Shown: positions 1 to 14,198, numbered from the stretch's first letter. The stretch is 64,000 nt of DNA from Macrostomum lignano (GCA_002269645.1 NIVC01002604.1:62001-126000), one strand, 5' to 3'. The notes: generated from the sequence alone by a model not told the origin. Numbers and translations are program-made.

Positions 1-428
1 CTGTCCTGCTGGGTTAAATGCAGTTTAAAGCGTAGATTATACAGCATGCTTGTTGCTGTGTTCAAAGCAGAAACACTGCATAATGTGAATCTATTTGCTG
101 AACTATCTTAATGGCCAAATATGAACTGTCGGTGGGGGCTTATCTTTATATCGTCCAATACAAGTTTGTTTTACTTTTTTCTCATACATATAATTGGAAC
201 TGGCCCCCTTTTGCAATTTTATTGACTGCATAGTTTGTTTACTAGTTAGTTTATTACCTGCAGGTTAGTAGAGTTATGCCCAAGCAGCTGCTATTTAATA
301 AATTAGGATATAGAATATTAAAACTACTGGCTACAATTATTGATTTCTCTGTCTGCAATCTATACATTAATGTACATGCATGGTTCGACGATCCACTCAG
401 CAAAATTGAAAATCGTCATAATCATTAA

Positions 429-774
429 CAGGGACGTCGCCAACGCCCCTCGTCGCCAACGGGGGGGGGGCAAGGGGGGACATGTCCCCCTCCTAGTAAA
501 ATATCTGGCGGGGACATGCCAATGCTTTGTCCCTTCTACCCCACCTTGTGACCCGTTATGGAAATCAATAATTTTTCTGCAGGGCGACAAAATGTAGTGC
601 AACAATGGGTGCCTAGGACGCCAAAATGAGTGCCTGCGGCGCCAAAATGAGTGCCTGCGGCGCCAAACTGAGTGCGGACAACACCGATTCTGAAAAAATG
701 TACATGTAGGAATTTAGTCAACATGTACATGTATAATTGTTGGCTTTGTCCCCCACAACATGGCGACGCCCCTG
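429..774. mobile_element. hAT-type MITE, copy 1
   Basis: TIRs CAGGGACGTCGCCA (429-442) and TGGCGACGCCCCTG (761-774), one mismatch. 8-bp TSD ATCATTAA at 421-428 and 775-782. Internal ~21-bp subrepeats (aaaatgagtgcctgcggcgcc). An 8-bp TSD is typical of hAT. Confidence 0.85.
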
Positions 775-1952
775 ATCATTAAAATAAATTTAGAAACCTC
801 ATAGATGCTCCAAAAAACTGCAGTCACGTGACCGTATACTTTTTATTTGTTTGTACATATACAACGTCTGGCTGTCTGGCTGACCTCACAATATATGAGG
901 GAATTTTATGGTTTTGAAATTATCTCAGCAATATTTATAACTCGACGACGTAATTAGCATACAGCTGGGCCCGAAATCCCGCCTGGAATTGAATTTTAGA
1001 TTTCACCAACTGAGAAAAAGCTAACTCTCTGCCCTCTCAATCAATCTCTATACATGTGGCACGAAGATTTTCTTGATATTTTATAATTCATAGAGCTAGC
1101 TATCATGTACCACATGTAGTATGTGCAAAATACAACTGTTGCTTTAAACAATAATATTTCCCGAGGGCTCTTTAGTAAAACCGTCATCGTCAAGACTAGC
1201 GGAGAGGAAGAAATCATCACTAAAGTTATTCCCGGCTCCCGGCTTCCCACCCTCGTTCAACAACAACAAATTTAAAAATTGCTGGAAGTTTGTACATAAG
1301 TCGACACAATAAAGATAGCATTAACACATGATAGTTCTTTGAATCGTCCCTTTTCGTATCATGAACATCAAAAACTGAGAATTGGAAAAGTCCCAAATGC
1401 GCTCTATTATTTCACATAGCTATATGTACAAAAAATATATCAATCTCCAACCTACATAGGAAAAATTGCTTACGGGATTTTTTACGATTTTAAACAGATT
1501 ATTGTTCATTTACGAGGGTGCCGCTTTATCAATATTTCCAAGTTATGAGATATCATTGAATTAGAGTAATCTTTGCAAAAACATTTTAATTTCATTGACC
1601 AATTAAAATATCTAATACAAATATATATATAATTATCGAGGTTGAAAAAATTCTTAGATTATCCTAACACCGGGAAATTTTACTTAGTGTAGTCAAACAA
1701 TTTTTTCTTTAAATGACTGTAAAAAAGAAATAGAAAGTTTTCAGTAAAACACATACTGAAGTGTTATTTTTAATAAACTATAATTTTAAATATTTTTTTA
1801 GTTTTTTACATTTAAAAATGTTTATACTATTTACTTTTAACAGTGGAATTCTTTTTTTTTGCATTCACATACAATTTCCATCTTGAACACAAGGCTCAGA
1901 CCCTAGTTTCTAGTAATCGGCTAATCGTCATTCTACAGTTTCAGTCACCGAA

Positions 1953-4900
1953 ATGTTTGTTTACTTGAGTAAAAAGGTAAAAATATCTACAGAAATTGCT
2001 TTTCAGTTTCTTTGAAAATGTATTGACAATAATGCAAAGCATCTTAGTTTTCGGTGCTCAGTTATTTTGCTAGATAATTCTATTTTATATCCAAGTGTTC
2101 GTTCGTAAAGTTGAAGGATTCTAGAGTTTCTGTCTATTTTTTTCATGTGATTTGATAGTACATTTTTCTTAACAAAAGTGCCTCACATCGGAAAAAATCC
2201 TAACATAAAAATAAAAACTTGCAAAATCATCACCATGTAAAAGCTATGTATTTTTGAATTTCAAATAACCAATAAAAATATTTTTCAGAAGGAAACATAA
2301 AGTTGTTATCAATTAAAATTTTCTTCAACAGATTGCAATACCAAACAATGTGAAGCTGCAGTCACTGTCATGGAACAAGGAGAGTGGCTACCTCGCATGT
2401 GGTGGAGATGATGGGCTTCTGAAGATTTTGAAGTTAGAGTCACAGCCAGGTAATTTTTAAACTGCAGAGTTTAACAAGTTTATTTAAATATAAATTAAAA
2501 GATTTTGATAAATAAAAGCTAAAATAAATAAATAAATACAATATTAAGCATTATTAAAAATGGACAAATAAAACTTACTATTAGTTAGCAAAGACTTTAC
2601 CTTAATGTGTTTAAAATTCCACTTGCTTTTTGTTGAAATATAGTTTTAGGTACTCTGAAAAAAGATACTTGCTGTTAATAACGATTTATACGCTTGTAAA
2701 TACTGTATTTCTACATGTATGCATAGCGCAAAAACTGAAATGATAAAAATCAATAAAAAATTGTTATTGATATATACTGAGTAAACGAATCATTTAAAAT
2801 ATCATGAGAAAGTTTTAAAGTGTAAAAATAATTAACCTTAACTCTGGAAACATATCGCACACTACATATAGACGGTCGAGTCAAGGGCCTGGCAGCGCCC
2901 AGCAACCTGACCATGAACCAGAGCCTGGAGGGCCACAGCGGCGGCGTGCACACCATCGCCTGGAACGAGGGCCACCAGAAGATCACCACCAGCGACACCA
3001 ACGGCCTCATCATCGTGTGGATGTTCTACAAATCCTCCTGGTACGAGGAGATGATCAAGAACAGCCGATCGCAAGTCTGCGACATGAAGTGGAACATGGA
3101 AGGCCAGAAGATCTGCATCGCCTACGAGGACGGCTCCGTGATTGTCGGCTCAGTGGACGGCAACAGGATCTGGGGCAAGGAGCTCAAGCTCAATCTCAAG
3201 GCGGTCGCTTGGTCGCCAGACAGCAAAATTATCCTGTTTGGCATGAAGAATGGCGATATTCATATCTACGACCACACGGGCAACTCTGTGGTGCGTTGAG
3301 ATACTGATTTTGTAATTAATACTCGCATAGATACATAAAGTAGCTAAACTCCGGGGAGCTCAAGGGGACATGTCCCCCAGTAAAAGCTATGGGGATGGGG
3401 GACATGCCAATGCTTTGTCCCCCCACCCCACCTTAATTGTGACCCGTTATGGAAATCAATCATTTTCTTCAGGGCAACAAAATATAGCGCCTGCGGCACC
3501 AAAATGAGCGCCAGCGCGACGCTAAAATGAGGGCTGACAACACCGGTTCTCAAAATAATGTACATGTAGGAATTTAGTCATGTACATGCTGAAATTCTTG
3601 GATTTGTCCCCCCCACCACCACAAAATCCATAGGGGCGACGCCCCTGGCTAAACTGCTTATAAATTAGCAGAAAATGCAGCTTTCTACAATTCTGTTTGA
3701 AATTTCTAGCCAGTTTTAATGTCTGAACTAACGAATCTTCAATGTCTGACGCCTACTCACAACAACTCTCATGCCGCACTCATCGCCCCGGTTACAGTGC
3801 CGAATGGAAGTCCCCAAAACCGGACCGGAGCTCGCGGGCATCAGCTGGTTCAGCAACCGCCTCCTTGCCCGCCCGGAGGTGCCCACCCCTTGTCTGGCCA
3901 TTGCCTTCACCAACGGTCGCCTGCTGCTGCTACGTGACGAAGCCGACGACCGGCCAATCGAGCTGGACACCCGGCTCCGCCTGAGGGCCTTCAACTGGAG
4001 CCACGACGGCTCCCTGCTGGCCTGCGCCGGCCATCTGGCCAGCCAGAAGGATACCGACAAGGATGTCAACACGGTGAAGTTCTATTCGTCTAACGGTGAA
4101 CACCTGCGCACGCTGAAGGTGCCTGGAAACGACATTACAGCCTGCACCTGGGAGGGCGGCTCCCTCAGAATCGCGCTGGCGGTGGACAGCTTCATCTATT
4201 TTGCCAACGTGAGGCCGCGTTACCGTTGGGCCTATTGCGGCAACACAGTTGTGTACGCTTACAACAGGCCGGACCGGGTGGAGAACTGCGTCGTATTCTG
4301 GGATACAAAAAACAACCTGCGCTTCATCAAGTACATCGCCGGTGTGACTCACGTGGCCGCGGCTGGCGAGTATTGCTGCATCGCTCACAAGCCTGAGCAG
4401 GAGACGGTTGCAGCTGTTGAATCGGGCGCCGGCAAGTGCACCCTGGTGCTGTGCAACGCCATTGGGACGCCGTTGGATACTCGCGATCTGGATATGGACG
4501 CTGAACAGGTTGCCATGACGGCTAGTCACGTGGTGGTAGCCTCAGATAGGGCCGTTTACACCTGGCAGTTCAAGGATCCAAAACAGCTGGCAGTAATGGA
4601 GGTTAGCGAGAAGCGCAAGGCCGGAGCGGAGAAGCTGTTCCATATCGATGAAGGCGCGCCAGCCGAAGGCGAGGGCTTGAATTTTACGCGAGTTAATGAG
4701 AAGGTATGTTAATTGTTTATGGTTATGTCTAAGGCCGGTCCTGTGTAGTTTGAATACTAATATTAAAGTTAATAATAGTTCTATGACCAAGTACTATATT
4801 ATCATTAATAGTCTATGGCCAAGTACTATATTAACATTAATAGCCTATGGCCAAGTATTGCTTTTGTCAGCCTAACTGAGAATAAAGCCACCCAAAATGA

Positions 4901-7900
4901 GAATCCTGCCTACGCTGACTGCGAAGGGCCTGGCTGCGTGCAGCCTTAGTCTATGGGCCATAGACAATAAAGGACAAGCAAAGTGATAAAAAGCCATCCA
5001 ATGTGAGAATCGATTGGTCTTTTAAAACTTTGCTTGTCCTTTATAGTCTATGGCTCATAGACTAGGCTGGACGCAGCTAGGCCCTTCGTATTCAGCGTAG
5101 GCAGGATTCTCACATTGGATGGCTTTTTATCACTTTGCTTGTCCTTTATTGTCTATGGCCCATAGACTAAGGCTGCACGCAGCCAGGCCCTTCGCAGTCA
5201 GCGTAGGCAGGATTCTCACTTTGGATGGCTTTATTCTCAGTTAGGCTGACAAAACCAATACTACGAGCCATGGAAGTCTATGATCTTTTGCACAGAGGAT
5301 TTTCTTCTATTACTGATTAGCCTTCAGTAGTCTCGAAAAGACCCTATCGCATATCCTGAAATATTCCAGGAGATACGCGACAGAATCTGTGCTGTAGGCG
5401 TCAGCGCCAAACTTGTGGTGGTTGCGCGCGAATCCGGCGCCGTCCTACAATTCGGTCTTCCCTCGATGGCGCTCGAAGTTCGGCACAGGCTTGAGTGCAC
5501 GCCCTACGAGCTGCAGGTTAACTGCAATAGCACGTGAGAGCTTTTACAACTCGATTATGCTTGAATATGAAACCTTGAACCGAGGCTTGAACCGAGAACC
5601 TTGAATCTCCCCAAATGTTTCTCCTACTAAAAGAGATCATCACTGACTTTTACTGTTCACAGCTCGAGTTTAAGGAAACATGGGTGCTGCACAGGATCCC
5701 TAAGGGGGGTCAAGTGGCTAGTCTTTAGCACTAAAATGACTTTTTAATTTTACCACCTTTCTGCTTCTGATCAATGAACTGCAAAAGTTGATATATGAAC
5801 TTTGTGATCCCAAACCATCGCTGACCTCATCAACCACCTTGAAACTCTGCAGCCGGCTCGCCATCATCGATCAGAGCGGAGTTCTCACCTTCTTCGACCT
5901 CGAAAAGGCGGCCGCAGCGACAGCTCCGCCGAAGGACCAGGAGCAGGGAGCGTCGTCACTGCCGCAGACATTCGAGCGCAAAGACGTCTGGCACATGCGA
6001 TTCGCTGAAGACAATCCCGACTTGTTCGCCTTCATGGAAAAGACCAGAATGTACGTGATGAAGGGCCTGGAGGTTGAGGAGCCAGTGTCCAGCTCAGCTT
6101 ACCTGTGCCAGTTCAAGGATCTGGAAATCAAAGGCGTACTATTGGACGAGATTCTCAAAGACTGCCCGAGCAGTCCCAGCCAGGACTACCTGCTAGACAT
6201 GGAGGTGAAAGCGTTGAGGGATATGCGAGACCTCACTGAGAAGTCAGGCATTGAGCAGAGCTTGAAATTTGTTGAAGAGCATCCTCATCCGAGGCTGTGG
6301 CGCCTGCTGGCAGAGTGTGCTCTGGAACGGCAGAACCTGCAGGTGAAACTTGGCTTTAAATGTTTGCTTTTGATGCAACATGCTTTCTTAGTACATGCAC
6401 GACGACTCTTTTCTCAGTGAAGGGAAGTAATTTACCGTGATGGTTCAAGTGAAAAGGAGGTATTTTCTAGGAAAGCGAAAAAACGGGCGTAATTTCCTGA
6501 AAAAATAAATAGATGGTGAGAAGCTTTGGTGTCCGAGAAGTTTGAATGGATATTTTTTACGGAAAATCAAAAGCAGTGTGCTTTCCTGGAAAGTGAAAGA
6601 GATATGCTTTCCTGGAAAGTGGAAGGGGTGTGCTTTCTAAGAAAGTGAAAAATTCTGCTGACATAGTTCGCTGAAATGTGCTCACGGTTGTCTTGTCTGC
6701 CCTTTGCCGGCACTCCAGGTCGCGGAGCAAGCCTACGTGAAATGCCGCGACTACGCCGGCGTCCAACTGATCAAGCGGCTGCAGAATCTGACCAGCGATC
6801 AGCTGCGCAAAGCCGAAGTCGCCGTCCATTTTGGCCGATTCGAAGCCGCAGAAGAGATCTATTTGAAAGCCGATCGCAAGGACCTGGCCGTGGAGCTCTG
6901 TCGCACAGTTGGCGACTGGTTCCGCCTGGTGCAGCTGGTCAAGTCTAGCACAGGCGCCGGCACAGACGCAGTGCTGATGGAAGCCTGGGAGGCGCTGGGC
7001 GATCACTACAGCGACAGGCAAAGCTGGCAGCTGGCCATAGACTACTATGCTCAGGCCCAGAAGGAGGAGAAGCTGGCCGAGAGCTACTACCTGTTGGAGG
7101 ACTACCAGAATCTGGAGAAGGTGTCCCTGCAGCTGCCAGACAATCACAAGCTGCTACCTCAGCTGGCTGCAAAGTTTGCCACCATCGGCATGGGCGATCA
7201 GGCCGTGTCAGCTTACATCCGCTGCGGTCTGGTCAAGGACGCTATCAACACCTGCGTACAGCTGAACCAGTGGACAACCGCAATCGAGCTGGCTAAGCAG
7301 CACAATTTGCGCGATATTGACGCACTGCTGACCCAGTACGCCAACCACCTGCTGGATAAGAACAAGCTGGTTAATGCTGTTGAGCTCTACAGGAAGGCTG
7401 GTCATTTTCTTGAGGCTGCGAAGTATATGCACAAGGTTTGTATTGGCTGCGGACTGCCAATCTACTCGCTGACCGAATTCTTGGAAACCATTGATTAAAA
7501 TACCCTACTGACAAACAGACCCGTACTGACAAACAGACCCGTACTGACAAACCCACCCCTACTGACAAACAGACCCGTACTGACAAACCCACCCCTACTG
7601 AGACGAACAGACCCCTACTGACAAACAGACTCCTACTGACAAACAGACAAACAAACAAACAAACTGACAGAAAATACAGATAAAAATGTGAAACCAACAA
7701 ATATTCTGATCGCACTTAACCTCCGCAGCTCACAATGGACGAAGTGAAGAAAGGCAGTTCGCCAATGAAGATCAAGAAGATGTTCGTACTGGTTGGCATG
7801 CTCATTGAACAGTACCACGAGCAGAGCAAGACTCAGGCTAAGTCTAAAGCCAAGTCAAAGAGAGGCGGCAATGAGGTTTGTTATTTGTGTTATAACGCGT

Positions 7901-10859
7901 GCGTATCTATAACAAACTTAAATTGATATGGTTGCATTGATTGAATGATACTGTGCCATTTTATTGAATTTTTCACCGGCTTGAGTGAAATTTCGGAATC
8001 TCTTTATTATAGAGCCATGAGCCATAGAAAAAATATATCAACTAACGTCATAGACTACAGAAGCGTCTTTATTTTGTTGGGCTATGTCATTTAAATACGA
8101 TTCTTTAGTCTATGGCTGGGCCCAACCGGGGAACGGATACGCTTCTGTAGTCTATGGCCGGGCCCAATTGAAAATAAATACGTTTTGCAGTCTATGGCCG
8201 AGCCCAAGTGGGGAATAAATACGTTTTGCAGTCTATGGCCGAGCCCAAGTGGGGAATAAATACGTTTCTGTAGTCTATGTCCGGGCTCAAGTGGGGAATA
8301 AATACGTTTCTGTAGTCTATGGCCGGGCTCAAGTGGGGAATAAATACGTTTCTGTAGTCTATGTCCGGGCTCAAGTGGGGAATAAATACGTTTCTGTAGT
8401 CTATGGCCGGGCTCAAGTGGGGAATAAATACGTTTCTGTAGTCTATGTCCGGGCTCAAGTGGGGAATAAATACGTTTCTGTAGTCTATGGCCGGGCTCAA
8501 GTGGGGAATAAATACGTTTCTGTAGTCTATGTCCGGGCTCAAGTGGGGAATAAATACGTTTCTGTAGTCTATGTCCGGGCTCAAGTGGGGAATAAATACG
8601 TTTCTGTAGTCTATGTCCGGGCTCAAGTGGGGAATAAATACGTTTCTGTAGTCTATGGCCGGGCTCAAGTGGGGAATAAATACGTTTCTGTAGTCTATGT
8701 CCGGGCTCAATTGGGGAATAAATACGTTTCTGTAGTCTATGGCCGGGCTCAAGTGGGGAATAAATACGTTTCTGTAGTCTATGTCCGGGCTCAAGTGGGG
8801 AATAAATACGTTTCTGTAGTCTATGGCCGGGCTCAAGTGGGGAATAAATACGTTTCTGTAGTCTATGGCCGGGCTCAAGTGGGGAATAAATACGTTTCTG
8901 TAGTCTATGTCCGGGCTCAATTGGGGAATAAATACGTTTCTGTAGTCTATGGCCGGGCTCAAGTGGGGAATAAATACGTTTCTGTAGTCTATGTCCGGGC
9001 TCAAGTGGGGAATAAATACGTTTCTGTAGTCTATGGCCGGGCTCAAGTAAGGACTAACTTATACTTAAACTTGTCAGTTTAACTTGTCAGCCCCAGGGCT
9101 ACTCGTCGCTTATATGCATTTTTCACTGCGTCACTCTTTCAGGCAAGCACGGCTCTTGCCGGTCTCCTAGAAGAAGACACCGAAGCAGTGGATAGCCGGC
9201 TAATGGACGGAGCTTGGCGCGGAGCGGAGGCTTATCATTTCTACCTGCTGGCCCAGAGGCAGCTGTACGCCAACTATAACGACGCGGCGATGCACACGGC
9301 AATGGTGTTGAGGGACTATGAGGACATCCTGCCGGCTAGGAATATCTACTCGCTAATTGGTGAGTTGTATTTCTAATTGATCAGAGTATTTTATTTCAAT
9401 GACTACTTGAGTAGAAGGACGGCAAACATTGTTTCTTATAAAAAAATGGGGGCGCGATTTTTATTGGAAGCAGACCAAATGCTTACAACAAGCCTGGCTT
9501 ATTGCTATGTTGATTTTTGTAATGCTTTACTTGTGGAAATAATAAATCCTACTTTCTTGACTGCAAAGTCCAACATTGCTTCAAGACTTTGGTGGGTCGC
9601 ATCGCAAATCTCTCCATCGCCTACTGAAGAGTAGTGAGACACAAATGCGTAGCAAATATCTTGTGAAAAATTACTCCTAATATCCCAGTTGAAAAAAATA
9701 TTTCCAGCTCTATGCGCGTGCGCCAATCGAGCTTTCGGCACCTGTTCTAAAGCCTTCATCAAGCTGGAGACGCTGAACGGAGCCACCGAGGCTGAACTGG
9801 ACGAGTACAGGGAGTTGGCCACCGAGATATTCAACCGGTACAGCCCTAAGGATCAACGAACGCAACAGGAGCTGGAGTTGGAAGCTTTAATGGAAGGGTA
9901 AGGCTGGTAGGGCTTCACTTCCTTATCTTTATTTCGACCCTACTCTCCTTATCTTTATTTCAACCCCACTCTCCTTATCTTTATTTCAACCCCACTCTCC
10001 TTATCTTTATTTCAACCCCACTCTCCTTATCTTTATTTCAACCCCACTCTCCTTATCTTTATTTCAACCCCACTCTCCTTATCTTTATTTCAACCCCACT
10101 CTCCTTATCTTTATTTCAACCCCACTCTCCTTATCTTTATTTCAACCCCACTCTCCTTATCTTTATTTCAACCCCACTCTCCTTATCTTTATTTCAACCC
10201 CACTCTCCTTATCTTTATTTCAACCCCACTCTCCTTATCTTTATTTCAACCCCACTCTCCTTATCTTTATTTCAACCCCACTCTCCTTATCTTTATTTCA
10301 ACCCCACTCTCCTTATCTTTATTTCAACCCCACTCTCCTTATCTTTATTTCAACCCCACTCTCCTTATCTTTATTTTAACCCCACTCTCCTTATCTTTAT
10401 TTCAACCCCACTCTCCTTATCTTTATTTCAACCCCACTCTCCTTATCTTTATTTCAACCCCACTCTCCTTATCTTTATTTCAACCCCACTCTCCTTATCT
10501 TTATTTCAACCCCACTCTGTCTCTCCATCCCTGCACCCTAGCAGCCACCTCACTCCCCGCGCTTTGATTCAATTCCTTATCTCCTCCCACTCTGTCTCTC
10601 AACCCCTGTACCCTAGCAGCCATCTCACTCCCCGCGCTTTGATTCAATTCCTTATCTCCATTTCTACCCCACTCTGATTCGAATGATTGAATAACAACGC
10701 ATCTCAACCTGCAGCGAAAGCAAGATTCCAATCTGCATAGTTACTGGCCAAGCGATCACGAGTTATCAGTTCTGGATGTGCCCGATGTGCAAGCACAGCG
10801 CAGGTGAAAACGAGATAGCCAGACTGAAGCATTGCCCGCTGTGCCACAATGTCATCTAA
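1953..10859 (+). CDS. WDR35: WD repeat-containing protein 35 / IFT121 (IFT-A subunit), 11 exons, 1178 aa
   Basis: Exons 1953-1976, 2332-2449, 2872-3290, 3798-4703, 5370-5533, 5853-6342, 6719-7435, 7729-7875, 9143-9359, 9708-9897, 10715-10859. All introns are GT-AG and the frame is continuous (3537 nt). Recognisable WDR35 segments: [89 protein letters not shown] and the C-terminal CPMCKH...CPLCH zinc finger. Confidence 0.97.
3351..3647. mobile_element. hAT-type MITE, copy 2 (WDR35 intron 3)
   Basis: Body is homologous to 429-774 (gggacatgccaatgctttgtcc; gacccgttatggaaatcaat; tacatgtaggaatttagtca). Right TIR GGCGACGCCCCTG, left TIR degenerate. 8-bp TSD GCTAAACT at 3343-3350 and 3648-3655. Confidence 0.85.
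4854..5262. mobile_element. Palindromic foldback/MITE-like element in WDR35 intron 4
   Basis: Near-perfect inverted arms of ~155 bp (agtattgcttttgtcagcctaactgagaataaagcca... versus ...tggctttattctcagttaggctgacaaaaccaatact). The spacer holds another partial arm copy. Confidence 0.75.
7503..7666. repeat. ~18-bp minisatellite (tactgacaaacagacccg), WDR35 intron 7
   Basis: Tandem degenerate units seen directly. Confidence 0.85.
8145..9048. repeat. 42-bp minisatellite, ~21 copies, WDR35 intron 8
   Basis: Unit gtctat(g/t)... = gtctatggccgggctcaagtggggaataaatacgtttctgta. It produces the 14-aa repeat ORFs in the track. Confidence 0.95.
9921..10518. repeat. 26-bp pyrimidine-rich minisatellite, ~23 copies, WDR35 intron 10
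   Basis: Unit ccttatctttatttcaaccccactct, almost invariant. Confidence 0.95.
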
Positions 10860-13800
10860 TTGGCTACAAATTCTACGCTACTCGCAGCAGTAGTGCAGAT
10901 GTAACGATTCAATTACTCGATTCGATAAACAGCTTTTTAATATTTTCTTCTGTCTTTGCTTGTTTATTTATTTAACTTGCTTTCTGTTGTCAGTCTGTGC
11001 ATGAGAGAAAATGCAAAATTATTTAACAATTGGAAATAGTGAACCTATATTGGGATTAACAAATAATAAACTTACTCCGTCCCTCTCTACTTGATTTCTT
11101 TCCTAATTTTAAATAAAGGCTTTTTTTCAAATTGGCAAAAAGTTTGCAAAAACGAAAAGCAGACATCTAAAAATTACATTAACAAGAACACACTTTTGTT
11201 TCTATTCATTATTTTACAAACAATAGTAAAGCGTTATTAAAAAAAAGTGGTAGAGTGAAGTTAAAAATGTCCATGTGATGAGGACGCACTTTTTCCCAAA
11301 TTTCACGCTCGCACATGGGCTCCAAACTTGCTAGCCTACTAACGGCAGGCTATGGGCATTTTTTCCTCTTTTTTAATTTTCATAGAATTCATACTAGTAG
11401 AACTTTCGTAGCTATATAATTTTGCCATACTTGTAGTTATAATAACATGGGCGCGGTTTTTGGGTCATAAATCATCGCTTTCGAGCTGGTCTGACAGCCA
11501 CCTGCGCCTCACTCAGTGTTGAGGCTGGCGCCAGATGGTCTGAGAGGATGTGGGCGGTAGCTTTTTTCTCATCATTTTGACTGGCCATCAAGATTTATGA
11601 GGTCAGGGCCTATTGTTCGTGTTCACTCAAGCGTGTGACAGCCTTGACAGCAATGCGTTTTACCCCTAAAAGTACTTTGGGATTAGCGATTAGCGAATTC
11701 TCTTCACCATCTTCACTTTCTACTTAATAAGAGCTTTCTAATGTTAGAGCTTTCTAGAGCTTTTCAATATTTTTTCATTGATTTTTGTCATTCCTACGCG
11801 AAAGGTCATAAATCATTATGTAGCGATTCTGAGTGATCGCCATTGATTTTTATGGCCCCGAGGGAACTGATAGGATCTTCTGGTCACGTGAGTTTGGGTG
11901 GCAACAAGCTCAGCCAATCAGAAAATTCGACGTCAGTTATAACAAATCGGCTCAGCCAATCAGCGTCGAGGTGTTTCATTATAACAAATTGCCGGCGTTT
12001 TTGGCCCGCTCAGACTTCAACTTGGCCGGTCACCTGTCACCTGACACCCGGCTGCTACACGCGACCGTCGTCTCTTGATCCCCGGATTGCGACTCCCCCC
12101 ATCATCATCAAGGACGAGTCCCCCCGGTCATCAGCAGCGAACATCAAAGTTGAGAGCATCATCTGCTAGCTATCTGCGAAGATTGTGACATCAGCACCAT
12201 CCCGGGTCTACAGCTGCGAAGCACTTAAGCCGATTCGGTCACTGTGGATTACCTGGTCTCCGGCTGTTGAGTTTCTGATTGGTTGGGTGAGAGGCTACCT
12301 AGACTTGCTTGATTGGGTGATTCCTTATCTGTCCCCTATTTCAGTAGCTGGATTAGGCGCACACTTTTGCTCATTTTGTTCAATAGTGCTGTTATTGAGG
12401 CAGAAGTCATTCAATAATACTGCTAGTAGTCTGAAACTCCAATTCAATATGAGGTGTGAAGTGAATCAGTGAGAAGGTTAAATCTGACAGTTATTTTTAT
12501 CGGTTTTATTTCTTTGTTCGCCGATGGCTCAGATGAATAGCTAAGCTAGTAGGCGCCGGTCACAGTGGACCAATGGCGGTTCTCAGTCGATTAATCTATC
12601 AAATCAGTGAGCAAAATTGCCAATAGTGCAAAATAGGCGCTAGAGATGTACTCTGTGCACTCTAGATTCGTCAAGCGGCTCGGGTGATAAATCATGCGGT
12701 CTCTGATGTTCGAGTTAGTCTATCATCAACGCTACGAGAGGCTAGTTGGCGCGTTGAAGGCCAAAAGTACAATTCTTCGTATTTAGCAATGTAATAGTAC
12801 ATGTAGCTACCCCATAGACTCGCCACTGCAAGAATCCCCCGCACAAGTCCCCTCTGTACCTGCATGGCCAATGCGATCAAGTCCCAGCAGTGTCCCTTAA
12901 CATCGGCTATGACTTCGAGACTGACAGCAAAAAGACACTAGTTGGCAGGTAAGTGCAAAGCCCCCTCTAGTCGGAAGCAAGCTTTCAAAAGTTCCGGTGT
13001 GGTGAGCCAGGACGCACGGGCTGGTGGCAGCGGGTTAGTTAATCTGTGGATTAGCTGATCTCTACCTTCAAAATTCTCCCTGCTTGTCTCTCGCTGTCCC
13101 TCTCTTAGCTGTAGGACCTAGACTGCTCGCCACACGATCAAGCTACCATGGGGCTGACCATCTGACAGGAGTGGGGGGCCAGGACTCTAATTGATTTATT
13201 TCCGAGACCTGAGGCCCGAAGGCTTCCCTAACAAGGGGCCGAAAAGGCCGAAACCCATCACATGAATGAATCAAGAAAATGACGAGAGTTGAAGTACTTC
13301 TTAAAATATAGATATTGTCAGTTTTTCTTACAAATTTGTAATATTCGTAAAGGTATTAAATAATAATTTGGCAATAAAACAGTTTTAAACCTACACGCCT
13401 TGCCTGCCTTGACAATCCGACTATACTAAAAAATGGTTTTGTCTCTGGGAGGTATCATTTGCCTAGTTCAGTTTTCATATTTTACACGTGCGAGTTAACT
13501 ATATCTCAAATCAATTTTATTGAAAGTAAAATACAAATAATCTTTAAAACATTAAGCTCGTACAAGACAACTGTAGCTAATTTAAATAAAACATTAAATA
13601 TAGATTCAATTAACAAAGCTATACAGTCTCCATTTTTTGGACTGATACTTTTCAGGTTAATGATTGCGCACAAAGTCACTTATAAATTCAAGTTCTATTC
13701 ACGTAAATCTCGATTAAAATCCCGGAAGGATAGTGACGTTTCGTTAGTCCCGATCCAGACTTTCTACCTGCATATACTGCTATGGTGAAAATGGTTTCGA

Positions 13801-14198
13801 TAAAACAAATGTTAATTTAAATCGTTAAAGCCGCTCTTTATCAATTCTTCGGTTTTATGCCTATCGTAAAAATAGCCCCTACCTTCTGGAAAACAAAATA
13901 TATTAACTCTTGCTTCCTAGAAATTGCCTAGAAATAAAAATGTGCCCGTCTTTAAATACGAAGTTCTATATAGTAGTCCTTTGGGATGTCACTAGCCCAG
14001 AATATTTTCAGAAGATTAAAAAATGAATTTAACAAACTTTTACCAAGCTCTTTAGTTGATGCAGATTGGAAGCCAATTGAAGTTGAGGTATTGACAATTT
14101 CAGTGGTGAAAAACTGAAAAGTTGTTATCTCGCTAATGCATTTTAGACCTTCAAAAAATTAAAAAGTAGCACAAATCACAGCCATGCAAGTCACAGTT

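Noticed and set aside
1041-1290. Acidic minus-strand peptide (NNFSDDFFLSASLDDDG) as an exon of a divergent gene
   Set aside because: Short, no convincing donor and no recognisable homology.
8192-9082. 284-aa and 277-aa repeat ORFs on both strands
   Set aside because: Products of the 42-bp intronic minisatellite; WDR35 splices cleanly around them.
8145-10518. Regular repeats that could be mistaken for CRISPR arrays
   Set aside because: Head-to-tail tandem units with no unique spacers, no cas genes and a eukaryotic context.
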